Positions 19,749 to 29,437 of a stretch of DNA of 58,083 nt are shown here, piece after piece. The stretch comes from a virus (taxonomy: Duplodnaviria > Caudoviricetes). The position numbers and the translations under genes were made by a program. The DNA lies in IMG/VR virus record IMGVR_UViG_3300024344_000012, positions 1 to 58,083 of that record; one strand, written 5' to 3'. Below the pieces are notes generated by a model. The model was not told the origin of the DNA and made no database searches. It saw nothing but the letters and a program-made list of their open reading frames with translations. Every line of letters starts with the position of its first letter. Within the stretch, counting starts at the first letter, position 1.

Positions 19749-21734
19749 ATGGAAAAGTTTAAGTTATCGGAAAATTTCGTCAATAAGTATAAGAGAAAGA
19801 AAGCACCTTTCGGTTTTAATGGATTAGGAGAATTGGTTTATATGAGGACTTATTCTCGCATTAAAGACGATGGTAAGAACGAAAGGTGGTGGGAAACAGT
19901 TCAGCGAGTTGTAGAGGGAACTTACTCTATGCAAAAAAACCATATCGACAACTATCAGTTGGGTTGGAATGCATGGCAAGCTCAAAAATCAGCACAAGAA
20001 ATGTACGACAGAATTTTTAATATGAAGTTCCTACCACCTGGTCGTGGTTTATGGGCTATGGGAACACCAATCACCGAAGATAAAGGGTTATATGCAGCAC
20101 TAAACAATTGTGCATTCGTATCTACTTCCACACTTAAAGAAGACTATTCAAAACCATTCTGTTTCCTTATGGATGCCTCTATGTTAGGTGTTGGTGTCGG
20201 CTTTGACACTAAAGGTGCTGGTGAAATAGTAGTAAAGGGTATAAATAAGAGTAGAAATAAAGAAGTATTCGAAATACCCGATACAAGAGAGGGTTGGGTA
20301 GAATCACTTAGACTATTATTAGAAAGTTACTTTCATGGTACATCAGCTATAGATTTTGATTATAGTAAAATAAGAATAGCAGGAGAACCAATCAAAGGTT
20401 TTGGTGGTGTCTCAAGTGGTCCTGAACCATTGAAAGAAGTTCACGATGATATCAGAAAAGTATTAGAGGGTAATTCAAGTGAACCAATTACAGTAACTAC
20501 GATCGTAGACATAATGAATCTTATAGGTAAATGTGTTGTAGCGGGAAATGTTCGTAGAACTGCTGAAATAGTTTTTGGTGATCCAAACTCAGAAGAATAC
20601 TTAGATTTGAAAAATTATAAGGTAAATCCACATAGAGAAATGTATGGGTGGACATCTAACAACTCTATCTTTGCAGAACTTGGTATGGATTATACAGAAG
20701 CAGCAAAACGTATTGTAGATAATGGTGAGCCAGGTTTTGCTTGGTTAGAAAATATGAGACACTACTCAAGAATGAAGAATGGTGGTGATAATAAAGATCA
20801 TAGAGTAGCTGGTGGTAATCCTTGTCTTGAACAATCACTTGAATCATATGAGTTATGTTGTTTAGTAGAGACATTTCCAAATAATCACGATTCGTTAGAG
20901 GATTATCAGAGGACACTTAAATATGCTTATCTGTATGCCAAATCGGTAACACTTGGTAGAACACATTGGTCAGATACTAACAGAGTTATGTTAAGAAATC
21001 GTAGAATTGGATGTTCAGTAAGTGGTGTTGCTCAGTTTGTTACTAATCGTGGATTAGATGAGTTTAAAAATTGGTTGGAGAATGGATATGATACAATACA
21101 AGAGTGGGATAAAATGTATTCAGATTGGTTTGCAATACCACGTTCCATCAAAACTACTTCAGTTAAACCAAGTGGTACAGTCTCATTATTGGCTGGTGCT
21201 ACTCCAGGCTTACATTATCCCGAAAGTAGGTTCTATATTAGGAGAGTAAGACTTTCAAATCATTCAGAGTTATTAGAACCTTTGAAAAAAGCAGGATATA
21301 AGTTAGAACCTGCATTTGGTTCGGAAGATACAACAATGGTTGTAGAAGTTCCAGTTGATGTCGGAGAGGGCATTAGAACTGCAGCTGAATTATCTATTTG
21401 GGAACAATTCAGTTTAGCAGCATTTATGCAACGACATTGGGCAGATAACCAAGTAAGTTGTACAGTAACGTTCGATCCTGAAACAGAAGCTAATGAAATA
21501 GCACCTGCTTTAAATTACTTTCAATATCACTTAAAAGGTATTTCTTTATTACCAAGACATGATTATGGTGCTTACAAACAGATGCCATATGAATCTATTA
21601 ATGAAAAAGAATACAACAAACAAGTAAAGAAACTTAAAAACTTAACATTTGGTGTCATCAAAAACGAAGAAGCAGAAATAGACAAATTCTGTAATAATGA
21701 CACTTGTGAAATACCAGGCGAAGAAATAAAATAA
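19749..21734 (+). CDS. nrdJ: Class II adenosylcobalamin-dependent ribonucleotide reductase (monomeric RTPR type)
   Basis: PPGRGLW, LNNC, GNVRRTAE, NPCLEQ, RRIGCS, VKPSGTVS, C-terminal FCNNDTC. Confidence 0.92.
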   Translation: MEKFKLSENFVNKYKRKKAPFGFNGLGELVYMRTYSRIKDDGKNERWWETVQRVVEGTYSMQKNHIDNYQLGWNAWQAQKSAQEMYDRIFNMKFLPPGRGLWAMGTPITEDKGLYAALNNCAFVSTSTLKEDYSKPFCFLMDASMLGVGVGFDTKGAGEIVVKGINKSRNKEVFEIPDTREGWVESLRLLLESYFHGTSAIDFDYSKIRIAGEPIKGFGGVSSGPEPLKEVHDDIRKVLEGNSSEPITVTTIVDIMNLIGKCVVAGNVRRTAEIVFGDPNSEEYLDLKNYKVNPHREMYGWTSNNSIFAELGMDYTEAAKRIVDNGEPGFAWLENMRHYSRMKNGGDNKDHRVAGGNPCLEQSLESYELCCLVETFPNNHDSLEDYQRTLKYAYLYAKSVTLGRTHWSDTNRVMLRNRRIGCSVSGVAQFVTNRGLDEFKNWLENGYDTIQEWDKMYSDWFAIPRSIKTTSVKPSGTVSLLAGATPGLHYPESRFYIRRVRLSNHSELLEPLKKAGYKLEPAFGSEDTTMVVEVPVDVGEGIRTAAELSIWEQFSLAAFMQRHWADNQVSCTVTFDPETEANEIAPALNYFQYHLKGISLLPRHDYGAYKQMPYESINEKEYNKQVKKLKNLTFGVIKNEEAEIDKFCNNDTCEIPGEEIK

Positions 21735-21737
21735 AGC

Positions 21738-21767
21738 TTGACAAGTATACCTTTTTATTCGTATATT
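21738..21767 (+). promoter_or_regulatory. Sigma70-type promoter, class A (TTGACA-N18-TATATT)
   Basis: gcTTGACAagtatacctttttattcgTATATT; near-identical copies at 26878 and 56623. Confidence 0.75.
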
Positions 21768-21799
21768 CTAACATAGAAAATAGGGAAATTACAACCTAA

Positions 21800-24301
21800 A
21801 TGTATCAAAACATCTTTTATCAGTTTAAGAGACGAAGAATCCATATATGGGATGACAAGACTGGTTATTCAGTTCATCCATTCAGTCAATACGCCTATGT
21901 AAAAGATGGTAAGGGAACTCACACATCATTATATGGTGATAAGTTACGTAAATTACCTATCAGTAGAATAGATGAAACTGATACACCTTTTGAATCGGAT
22001 GTTGCACCAGAAATTAGGTTTTTGGTTGACAAATATACAGATTCAGATGAGGTATCTGAGGGTCATCGTGTTATGTTCTTTGATATTGAGGTTGAAGTTA
22101 CACAAGGTTTTCCTGATGTAAATAAAGCTGAAAATACAATTACATCTATCGCATTTTATGATGCACTAACAAGACAATACTATTGTTATGTTCTTGATGT
22201 AGAGAATAAGGTTAGTGCAAATCAGTTTGGTGAAACAACTGTCATTAAGTTCAAAGATGAAAGAGATTTACTAAAAGCATTCTATACAAAATATCTTGAG
22301 ATATCACCAACAATCATTAGTGGTTGGAATAGTGATAGATTTGACGTTCCATATCTATATAATAGAACTATAAGATTATTAGGACAAGAAGCTGCTAATT
22401 GTCTTTCACCAATTGGTATAGTAGAATTTCAAAAACATAGGGGAACATACAAGATTGCAGGTGTATCTTCACTTGATTATCTTGAATTATATAAGAAACT
22501 TACATTTGGTGAAAGGTCTTCATATCGTTTAGATGATGTTGGTGAGTTAGAAGTTGGATTGAAAAAAGTAGCTTATGACGGAACACTTAATGATTTATAT
22601 GATGGTGATAGAAACAAATTTGTAGAATATAATATAAATGACGTTATTATTCTTGAGAAACTTGATGCAAAGTTAGATTTTATTGGTATTGCTAGAGCTA
22701 TATGTCATTTGGGACACGTTCCTTATGAAGATGTTTATTACTCATCAAGATTTCTTGAGGGTGCTATTCTTGTTTATCTTAAAAAGGTTGGTATTGTAGC
22801 ACCAAATAAAGTTAGAGCAAACAGAGATTTGATGGGTGGTAATGATAAGTTTGCAGGTGCATATGTACAGGATCCACAAAAAGGTAAACACGAATGGGTG
22901 TATGACTTGGATATTACAAGTATGTATCCATCTATTATTATGAGTTTGAATATATCTCCTGAAACTAAATTAGGTAAGTTAGATAGCTGGGATGTAGAAC
23001 CATTTCTCAAAGGTGTTGACAGAACATATACTATTAAAGATAAGAATGGTAAAGAGAGTGCTAAACTAACTACAGGTGAGTTTCAAAACTTTTTGAAAGA
23101 CAATAATGTATCCATATCTTCTAATGGTGTATTATACACACAAGATAGAAAAGGTCTTATACCGACATTGTTAGAAAAGTGGTTTGACGATAGAGTTCAG
23201 TTTAGAAAGTTAGCTAAGAAGTTTGCTGATGAGGGTGATAAAGAGAAATATTCATACTTTGATAGACGACAATACATTCAAAAGGTTGTTCTAAACTCAT
23301 TGTATGGTGTGTTGGGATTACCTATATTTCGTTTTTATGATTTGGATAATGCAGAAGCAACCACAACAACGGGTGTAGAATTGATTAAATATACCAAGAG
23401 AATGTCTAATCATTATTATAATTCTACATTAGATGACAAAGAAGATTATTGTATTTACATTGATACAGATTCAGTTTTCTATTCTGCTATTCCTATCATT
23501 GAGAAGAAATATCCACACATAGATATTAAAGATGAAACTCTGATGACAAATAAAATCTTAGAGATTGCATCGGATGTTCAAAAGTATCTTAATGATTCAT
23601 ATGATCTATTCGCTCAAAAGTTTTGTAATGTAAATGAACATAGGTTTGAGATTAAGCAGGAATTAATTGCTAAAAGTGGATTATTTGTTACAAAGAAACG
23701 ATATGGTATGAAGATTATTAATGATAATGGTGTTAAGGTAAATAAACTTCATGTAAAAGGTTTGGATATTGTTCGTTCAAGTTTTCCTGTAGCATTTAAA
23801 GAGTGTTTAACTAAGGTATTGGAAGATATATTAGCAGATGTTCCTAACGAAAAGATTAGTGAATACATTCTTAACTTTAAGAAATCTATGAAACTGAAAA
23901 AATATGATACAATTGCTATGCCAACTTCAGTTAAAAATGTAAAGAAATTTATATCGATGGGTGAGGGTATTCTTATTGCTAAAAAGGGAGCTCCAGTTCA
24001 TGTTAAATCAGCAATCAATTACAATAACTTTTTGTTGATTAATAAATTGAATAGGAAATACCCATCAGTTGGTAATGGTGAAAAGATTAAGTGGACTTAT
24101 TTAAAAGATAATCCATTTAAGTTTGACACTATATGTTATAAAGGACATGAGGATCCACCACAAGTATTAAATTACATAAAACAATATATTGATACAGATA
24201 AGATTTACAAACAAGCACTTGCTAAGAAAGTCAAGATGTTGTATGAAGCATTAAAATGGGAAGAACCAAATGATGATTTTGGTTTTAATAAATTCTTTTA
24301 A
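21800..24301 (+). CDS. polB: Family-B replicative DNA polymerase (T4 gp43-like)
   Basis: ExoI FDIE, ExoII GWNSDRFD, ExoIII YNIND, DITSMYPS, K..LNSLYG, YIDTDS, KKRY. Confidence 0.96.
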   Translation: MYQNIFYQFKRRRIHIWDDKTGYSVHPFSQYAYVKDGKGTHTSLYGDKLRKLPISRIDETDTPFESDVAPEIRFLVDKYTDSDEVSEGHRVMFFDIEVEVTQGFPDVNKAENTITSIAFYDALTRQYYCYVLDVENKVSANQFGETTVIKFKDERDLLKAFYTKYLEISPTIISGWNSDRFDVPYLYNRTIRLLGQEAANCLSPIGIVEFQKHRGTYKIAGVSSLDYLELYKKLTFGERSSYRLDDVGELEVGLKKVAYDGTLNDLYDGDRNKFVEYNINDVIILEKLDAKLDFIGIARAICHLGHVPYEDVYYSSRFLEGAILVYLKKVGIVAPNKVRANRDLMGGNDKFAGAYVQDPQKGKHEWVYDLDITSMYPSIIMSLNISPETKLGKLDSWDVEPFLKGVDRTYTIKDKNGKESAKLTTGEFQNFLKDNNVSISSNGVLYTQDRKGLIPTLLEKWFDDRVQFRKLAKKFADEGDKEKYSYFDRRQYIQKVVLNSLYGVLGLPIFRFYDLDNAEATTTTGVELIKYTKRMSNHYYNSTLDDKEDYCIYIDTDSVFYSAIPIIEKKYPHIDIKDETLMTNKILEIASDVQKYLNDSYDLFAQKFCNVNEHRFEIKQELIAKSGLFVTKKRYGMKIINDNGVKVNKLHVKGLDIVRSSFPVAFKECLTKVLEDILADVPNEKISEYILNFKKSMKLKKYDTIAMPTSVKNVKKFISMGEGILIAKKGAPVHVKSAINYNNFLLINKLNRKYPSVGNGEKIKWTYLKDNPFKFDTICYKGHEDPPQVLNYIKQYIDTDKIYKQALAKKVKMLYEALKWEEPNDDFGFNKFF

Positions 24302-24327
24302 TTTGGAGAAATAACATGATACTTATA
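24302..24327 (+). promoter_or_regulatory. Bipartite phage promoter, class B (TTTG-N13-ATACTTATA)
   Basis: tttg gagaaataacatg atacttata, upstream of the clamp gene. Confidence 0.6.
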
Positions 24328-24354
24328 TATATATGTATATAAAGGAGTTACAAA

Positions 24355-25086
24355 ATGGATAAACAAACGTTGATGGGATTTGTCAACAGGTTTTACTTGG
24401 GTGGTCAGACACAATCTGCACCTGTAGTTTCAACAAAGGACACACTTAGTTGTTCATTCATCAATTCAGCAAAGAGTTGTGTTGGTGATATTGTTCTGGC
24501 TAAGAATGGTTTCGGTGATTATGAAATGGGTCTCTATGAGATTCAAGACTTAATCAAGTTACTTAATGTCGTAGATGGTGAGTTGGTTGTTGAAGCTAAT
24601 GAAGTTGGTGATGTAGTGTCTCAATTGGTCATCAAACAAAAAAGCAATAACACTAAAGTTAATTATGGGTTAGCCCGTCTTGATGTGGTTTCCAAGAAGC
24701 CAGATTTGACGAATGTTCCTGATTTTGATTTAGAATTAAAATTAGATAAACCATTCATCAGTTCTTTTATATCAGGTAAAGGCGCTTTAAGTGATGTTTC
24801 TACTTTCGCAGTCTTATCAGATGGTGTAGAAGCAAAGGTTGTTATTGGTTATAGTTCAACTACTCAATCAAACAAGGTAACTATTCCTGTAGAAGCCAAA
24901 AAAATGTCTTCTCTTGATGATGCTATCTTTTTTGATGCAGATACTTTCAAAGAAGTTCTAACTGCAAATAAAGATTGTGAATCAGCAACTCTTTATGTTT
25001 CAAGTCAAGGTTTGGCTAAAGTCAGTTTTAAGGTGGATGATTTCGATTCAAGTTACGTGTTGGTAGCTAAAACTACTGTAGACTAA
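24355..25086 (+). CDS. Sliding clamp (gp45/PCNA-like)
   Basis: 243 aa acidic alpha/beta protein directly after polB and near the clamp loader; C-terminal VSSQGLAKVSF...YVLV. Confidence 0.7.
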   Translation: MDKQTLMGFVNRFYLGGQTQSAPVVSTKDTLSCSFINSAKSCVGDIVLAKNGFGDYEMGLYEIQDLIKLLNVVDGELVVEANEVGDVVSQLVIKQKSNNTKVNYGLARLDVVSKKPDLTNVPDFDLELKLDKPFISSFISGKGALSDVSTFAVLSDGVEAKVVIGYSSTTQSNKVTIPVEAKKMSSLDDAIFFDADTFKEVLTANKDCESATLYVSSQGLAKVSFKVDDFDSSYVLVAKTTVD

Positions 25087-25850
25087 TGGAAAACTATGTA
25101 GATAAATCAAAAGTTTATCTGCAGGAAATAGATAAAAAAACTGCTAAGAGAATAATAGAAAAAAATCATTATTCTCATAAATTTTCTTCTTGTAGATATG
25201 CCATAGGTATATTTCACAAGTCAGATAATCCACATCCTTTTTTTAAGGATATGAGTGAAGAAAAACTTGTTGGTTGTATGACTTATGGCTATCCTGTAGG
25301 AAGATCAGTAATGGGTTCTATTTTTAAAGATGAAAATATCTTGCAGACAAAGAATATTTTGGAGTTGACAAGATTATTCATACATGATGGTTATGGAAAG
25401 AATATAGAATCTTATTCTATATCACAATCATTCAAGTGGTTGAAAAAGTATGATGAGGATGTTAAGGTACTAATCAGTTATGCAGATCCTGATAGATTAC
25501 ATTTGGGTGGTATTTACAAAGCTACCAATTGGTTATATCAAGGTGCAGGATTGAATTTGATGCCAAATCATTCGATATCGTTGACTAATCCATATGAGTG
25601 GATACATAGTAGAACTGTATCAGCTACTTGGGGAAGTCATAATGTAGATAAGTTGAAAGCAGCTATAGGACACACATTTTGGAGAAGAAAAGAACCTGAA
25701 AAACATCGTTACATTTATTTCATAGGAAATAAAAAAGAAAATAAAAAATTTATGAAGAACTTAAAATATGAATCTAAACCATATCCTACAGATCCAGAAC
25801 AATATGTTCCACCTGTAGAGGAGATTGTAGTTGATACAAAATTTAAATAA
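25086..25850 (+). CDS. mom: Mu Mom-like DNA adenine modification enzyme (GNAT fold), copy 1
   Basis: NHYSH, LELTRL, NIESY.IS, ISYADP...H.G.IYKATNW.YQG, KHRYIY. Confidence 0.8.
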   Translation: MENYVDKSKVYLQEIDKKTAKRIIEKNHYSHKFSSCRYAIGIFHKSDNPHPFFKDMSEEKLVGCMTYGYPVGRSVMGSIFKDENILQTKNILELTRLFIHDGYGKNIESYSISQSFKWLKKYDEDVKVLISYADPDRLHLGGIYKATNWLYQGAGLNLMPNHSISLTNPYEWIHSRTVSATWGSHNVDKLKAAIGHTFWRRKEPEKHRYIYFIGNKKENKKFMKNLKYESKPYPTDPEQYVPPVEEIVVDTKFK

Positions 25851-26535
25851 TAATGATAAAAAACAATTGTTTGACAATGGTTATTTGGTATTTGAAGCAA
25901 GTGATGATTTCAAAAAAGAATTATTATCATTTAAAAATGAATTAGACTATAAATCATTGTTATATAAAAAATACACACGTGCAGTTGCAGGTGAATTATG
26001 TATTAATGGAATGAAAGCATCTGGAGATTTAAGAGAACTTAAAAAATTAAGGCAATCAGTAATGAAAGCTGGTCATGATATATCTCAAATGTGGTATACT
26101 ATTGAAAAAGATGAGGAATTAAACACTTCTTCTTGTTTGAATTATCTGAATAAAGAATTACAAGAAACTGTTAATTTTTTTTATAAAGACATAAAATTTC
26201 CAGGAATAAGTGAAAATAATTATTTGATGTATGATAGAGGTTGTAGGTTTGGATTTCATAAAGATGGTGGGTATATTAATGTAGGTGGTGTAAACAAAGC
26301 TACTTCAATTTGTACTATTTTGATTTATATGGATGAAGAAGAATATGAGACTAGTGGTGGAGAAATAGTTGTAAAAACAACTGAAAATGAATTAATTACA
26401 GCACCAACATCACTTGGAACTTGTGTTATTTTGGAGTTAACTAAAAATGATTTAGAGCATAGAGTTAATGAAGTTAAGAAACAAAAATATATTAGAGAAA
26501 ATTTAAGATTTACTTTGACAAAAAGTGGAGGATAA
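25831..26535 (+). CDS. 2OG-Fe(II) dioxygenase
   Basis: HKD...ILIYM...GGE...HRV...R (HxD...H triad plus 2OG-binding Arg). Confidence 0.75.
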   Translation: MIQNLNNNDKKQLFDNGYLVFEASDDFKKELLSFKNELDYKSLLYKKYTRAVAGELCINGMKASGDLRELKKLRQSVMKAGHDISQMWYTIEKDEELNTSSCLNYLNKELQETVNFFYKDIKFPGISENNYLMYDRGCRFGFHKDGGYINVGGVNKATSICTILIYMDEEEYETSGGEIVVKTTENELITAPTSLGTCVILELTKNDLEHRVNEVKKQKYIRENLRFTLTKSGG

Positions 26536-26540
26536 TCATA

Positions 26541-26876
26541 ATGAGTAAATTAGTTGGAGCACTTTGTCTTAGTATTTTAGGACATATAATAGCATTTTTT
26601 CACATGAATGGGCAATTTAAGTGGGATTTTATGAAATCTCAATGGTGGATAATATTAGCAGGATTACCTATAAGTTATCTGTTTTATTATTCAACACGAC
26701 TTTCATATGAACACTTTGGTTATGTGTGGAATATTAGATTAATAGGATTTGGTCTTGGTAACTTGATATTTGCAGTAATGACTTGGGGTATATTAGGTGA
26801 GATACCTAATTGGAAGACAGGTATTTGCTTAGTTTTGGCATTTACAATAATTTTAATACAACTTGTGAATAAATAG
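26541..26876 (+). CDS. Small multi-pass membrane protein (SMR/DMT-like size)
   Basis: 111 aa with about four hydrophobic segments. Confidence 0.6.
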   Translation: MSKLVGALCLSILGHIIAFFHMNGQFKWDFMKSQWWIILAGLPISYLFYYSTRLSYEHFGYVWNIRLIGFGLGNLIFAVMTWGILGEIPNWKTGICLVLAFTIILIQLVNK

Positions 26877-26877
26877 C

Positions 26878-26907
26878 TTGACTTATACTGGTTTTTATTC
26901 GTATATT
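26878..26907 (+). promoter_or_regulatory. Sigma70-type promoter, class A (TTGACT-N18-TATATT)
   Basis: gcTTGACTtatactggtttttattcgTATATT. Confidence 0.75.
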
Positions 26908-26939
26908 CTGGTATATTAAATTGGAGAAATATAAGCCTT

Positions 26940-27503
26940 ATGGTAATAGGAATTGATGTAGATGGAGTGTTGAGGGATTTTTGTGATGGACTTATTAAAG
27001 TGGTTCGTAAACAGTATCCTCAATACCTTAAAAAAGATTTTGTGAGAATAGAAAATTGGAATTTTAAAAACGATTTCAATTGTTCTCACGATGATATAAA
27101 ACAGATATATCGACATAATCACGCTGAAGAGATTATGGGTAATGGTATTCCAATATATGGTGCTATAGAACAAATGTATGACTTATTTGATTGGGCTGAT
27201 GAAAAAGGTCATAGTCTTGTTTGTGTAACATCACAACAACCACATATAAGACATTACACTTTGTCTTGGTTAGGTAAGTATGGGTTAAATTTTGATACTG
27301 TATACTTTACAAGAGGTAGACATAAATGGAGAACTCCTGTAGATTATCTTGTAGATGATTCACCAGAAAACTTTGATAATTGGGTTAGAGGTCGTGGTAT
27401 GCAAGAGGGATATATACTTATGGATCACATCTATAACCAACACACTAAATCAAGTTATAGAATTAAAGAACTAAAACAAGTAAAGGAAATAATAGATGGC
27501 TGA
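26940..27503 (+). CDS. HAD-family 5'(3')-deoxyribonucleotidase (NT5C-like)
   Basis: IGIDVDGVLRD, VTS, T..WL, K...D.LVDDSPEN, YN. Confidence 0.85.
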   Translation: MVIGIDVDGVLRDFCDGLIKVVRKQYPQYLKKDFVRIENWNFKNDFNCSHDDIKQIYRHNHAEEIMGNGIPIYGAIEQMYDLFDWADEKGHSLVCVTSQQPHIRHYTLSWLGKYGLNFDTVYFTRGRHKWRTPVDYLVDDSPENFDNWVRGRGMQEGYILMDHIYNQHTKSSYRIKELKQVKEIIDG

Positions 27504-28413
27504 ACATTCTTTATGGGTAGAAAAATACAGACCGACAAGGTTAGAAAACTATGTTGGTAATGAACATTTAAAAGCAAAGGTAGAAAGGTATATCAAATCA
27601 AATGATGTTCCACATTTACTTTTGTTTGGTAGAGCTGGTACAGGTAAAACCACACTTGCTAAATTGATTGTCAAGAATATTGAGTGTGATTATCTATATA
27701 TTAACGCATCTGATGAGAATAGTGTAGATACAGTTCGTAATAAGGTGAGACAATTCGCATCTACGATTGGTTTCAAAGATATGAAAGTGATTGTCTTAGA
27801 TGAGTGTGATTATATTACACCTAACGCACAAGCGGCTTTACGTAATCTTATGGAGACTTTTAGTAAACATTGTAGATTTATATTGACTTGTAACTTTGTA
27901 GAAAGAATAATCGATCCAATACAAAGTCGTTGTCAAGTATTTGAGATTATACCACCAAGTAAGAAAGATGTAGCTCTTCATCTTACTAAGGTTATGGATA
28001 AGGAAAAGATAACTTATGGTAATGAAGACTTAAAAGTTTTGATTGATAGTAGTTATCCTGATGTTAGAAAGATTATCAATGCAACTCAAAGAAGTGTTGT
28101 TGATAATAAGGTTGTTATGGATAGACAAGCAACCATACAGAATGATTATAAACTGAAAGTATTAGATATTCTTAAAACACAAGATAAGAAAACTGCTTTC
28201 GCAAACTTACGACAACTACTTGCTGATAATGCTATCAGAGATTATTCAGATTGTTTCAGATTATTGTATGATAATGTGGATGAATTTGCAGAGGGTAATA
28301 TGGCAGCTGTTATATTGATATTAGCCAGATATGAACAGTCCGATATGCAAGTTGTCGATAAAGAAATAAACTTTATGGCTATGTTAATTGAATTATTAGG
28401 AGTAATAAAATGA
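27496..28413 (+). CDS. Clamp loader AAA+ subunit (gp44/RFC small subunit-like)
   Basis: LWVEKYRP, GRAGTGKTT, INASDE, LDECD, QSRC. Confidence 0.95.
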   Translation: MAEHSLWVEKYRPTRLENYVGNEHLKAKVERYIKSNDVPHLLLFGRAGTGKTTLAKLIVKNIECDYLYINASDENSVDTVRNKVRQFASTIGFKDMKVIVLDECDYITPNAQAALRNLMETFSKHCRFILTCNFVERIIDPIQSRCQVFEIIPPSKKDVALHLTKVMDKEKITYGNEDLKVLIDSSYPDVRKIINATQRSVVDNKVVMDRQATIQNDYKLKVLDILKTQDKKTAFANLRQLLADNAIRDYSDCFRLLYDNVDEFAEGNMAAVILILARYEQSDMQVVDKEINFMAMLIELLGVIK

Positions 28414-28673
28414 CTTCACCAGAAAGTATTGTAGAATTATTTCATTCTTTGTATTTTATGTTGTTTACAATTATTACTTTTGAAACTGTTAACCATTTAA
28501 ATCCATATCCTTGTAATGAGGGAATAGTTACACCAGCTTGGGTTGAGGTATATGAATTTGAAAGTGATTCTACTTATGTCAAAAATTTTAGAAAGATAGT
28601 CAAAGAAGAAAATTGGCAAGATAAATATGAAATAATGAGTAAAGATTGCTCATTTATAAAGGAGGAAGAATAA
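28410..28673 (+). CDS. Hypothetical protein with N-terminal hydrophobic segment
   Basis: ATGA overlap and AGGAG SD. Confidence 0.5.
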   Translation: MTSPESIVELFHSLYFMLFTIITFETVNHLNPYPCNEGIVTPAWVEVYEFESDSTYVKNFRKIVKEENWQDKYEIMSKDCSFIKEEE

Positions 28674-28674
28674 A

Positions 28675-28956
28675 ATGAGTATGCACCCAAAAGGTAGAAT
28701 ACAAAAACCAAAACAGCAAGTTAAAGTTGATTTAGGACAAGCAGAGACTTTACAATGTGAAAAATGTACAAATTATTTGTTCATCACATCGTTTGTCTTG
28801 AAGAAAATATCAGCACTTATGTCTCCAAATGGACAAGAGGGAATAGTACCTATTCAGGTCTATAGTTGTGGTAATTGTGGACACGTTCCAGCAAAACTAC
28901 TTGAAGGAACTGATATTACAGGTAAAGAACTTGGCGAAGAAGAAACAGACAGTTAA
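28675..28956 (+). CDS. Zn-ribbon protein
   Basis: CEKC...CGNCG. Confidence 0.65.
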   Translation: MSMHPKGRIQKPKQQVKVDLGQAETLQCEKCTNYLFITSFVLKKISALMSPNGQEGIVPIQVYSCGNCGHVPAKLLEGTDITGKELGEEETDS

Positions 28957-29437
28957 ACGAAAAGGTGTATTTGATTATTTAAATCAAATCACAAAATATC
29001 AAAAGAGAGGATTTTGGGAATCACTTTCTGATGAAGATAAAAAGGGTTGGTCTACATTTCTTGTAAACCGATTCTTATCAATGAGATCAGATTTCCTACC
29101 CATAGTGAATGAGGTTCAGAAATATAATTTGAAGCCTGAATTGATATACAAAACGTATATGGATATCATTCCAAAAGGAAATTACTACTTGAGGTACATC
29201 AAGGGAAAGAAGAAGAAAAATATGGATCACCCACAATGGATGATAAATGTAGTTCGTAATGACTTAGAGGTTAGTGTTAGAGAAGCAGTTGATGCTATTG
29301 AAATGTATATGCTAACTGAAGCTGGTCAGATGGAACTATCAGATATGTTACAAAAATATGGTGTAGAAACAAAACAACTTAAATCAGTTGGTTTGTATTT
29401 CGAATCAGACGGTACAGACATAAGAACAATTGCCTGA
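28931..29437 (+). CDS. Clamp loader small subunit (T4 gp62-like); likely start TTG 28931
   Basis: FDYLNQI...WSTFLVNRFLSM...IVNEVQ...IPK...LRYIK. Confidence 0.7.
   Translation: MAKKKQTVKRKGVFDYLNQITKYQKRGFWESLSDEDKKGWSTFLVNRFLSMRSDFLPIVNEVQKYNLKPELIYKTYMDIIPKGNYYLRYIKGKKKKNMDHPQWMINVVRNDLEVSVREAVDAIEMYMLTEAGQMELSDMLQKYGVETKQLKSVGLYFESDGTDIRTIA

Noticed and set aside
18251-24301. Inteins or introns in helicase, RNR or PolB
   Set aside because: Lengths and motif spacing are normal; no intein-like insertion or interrupted frames seen
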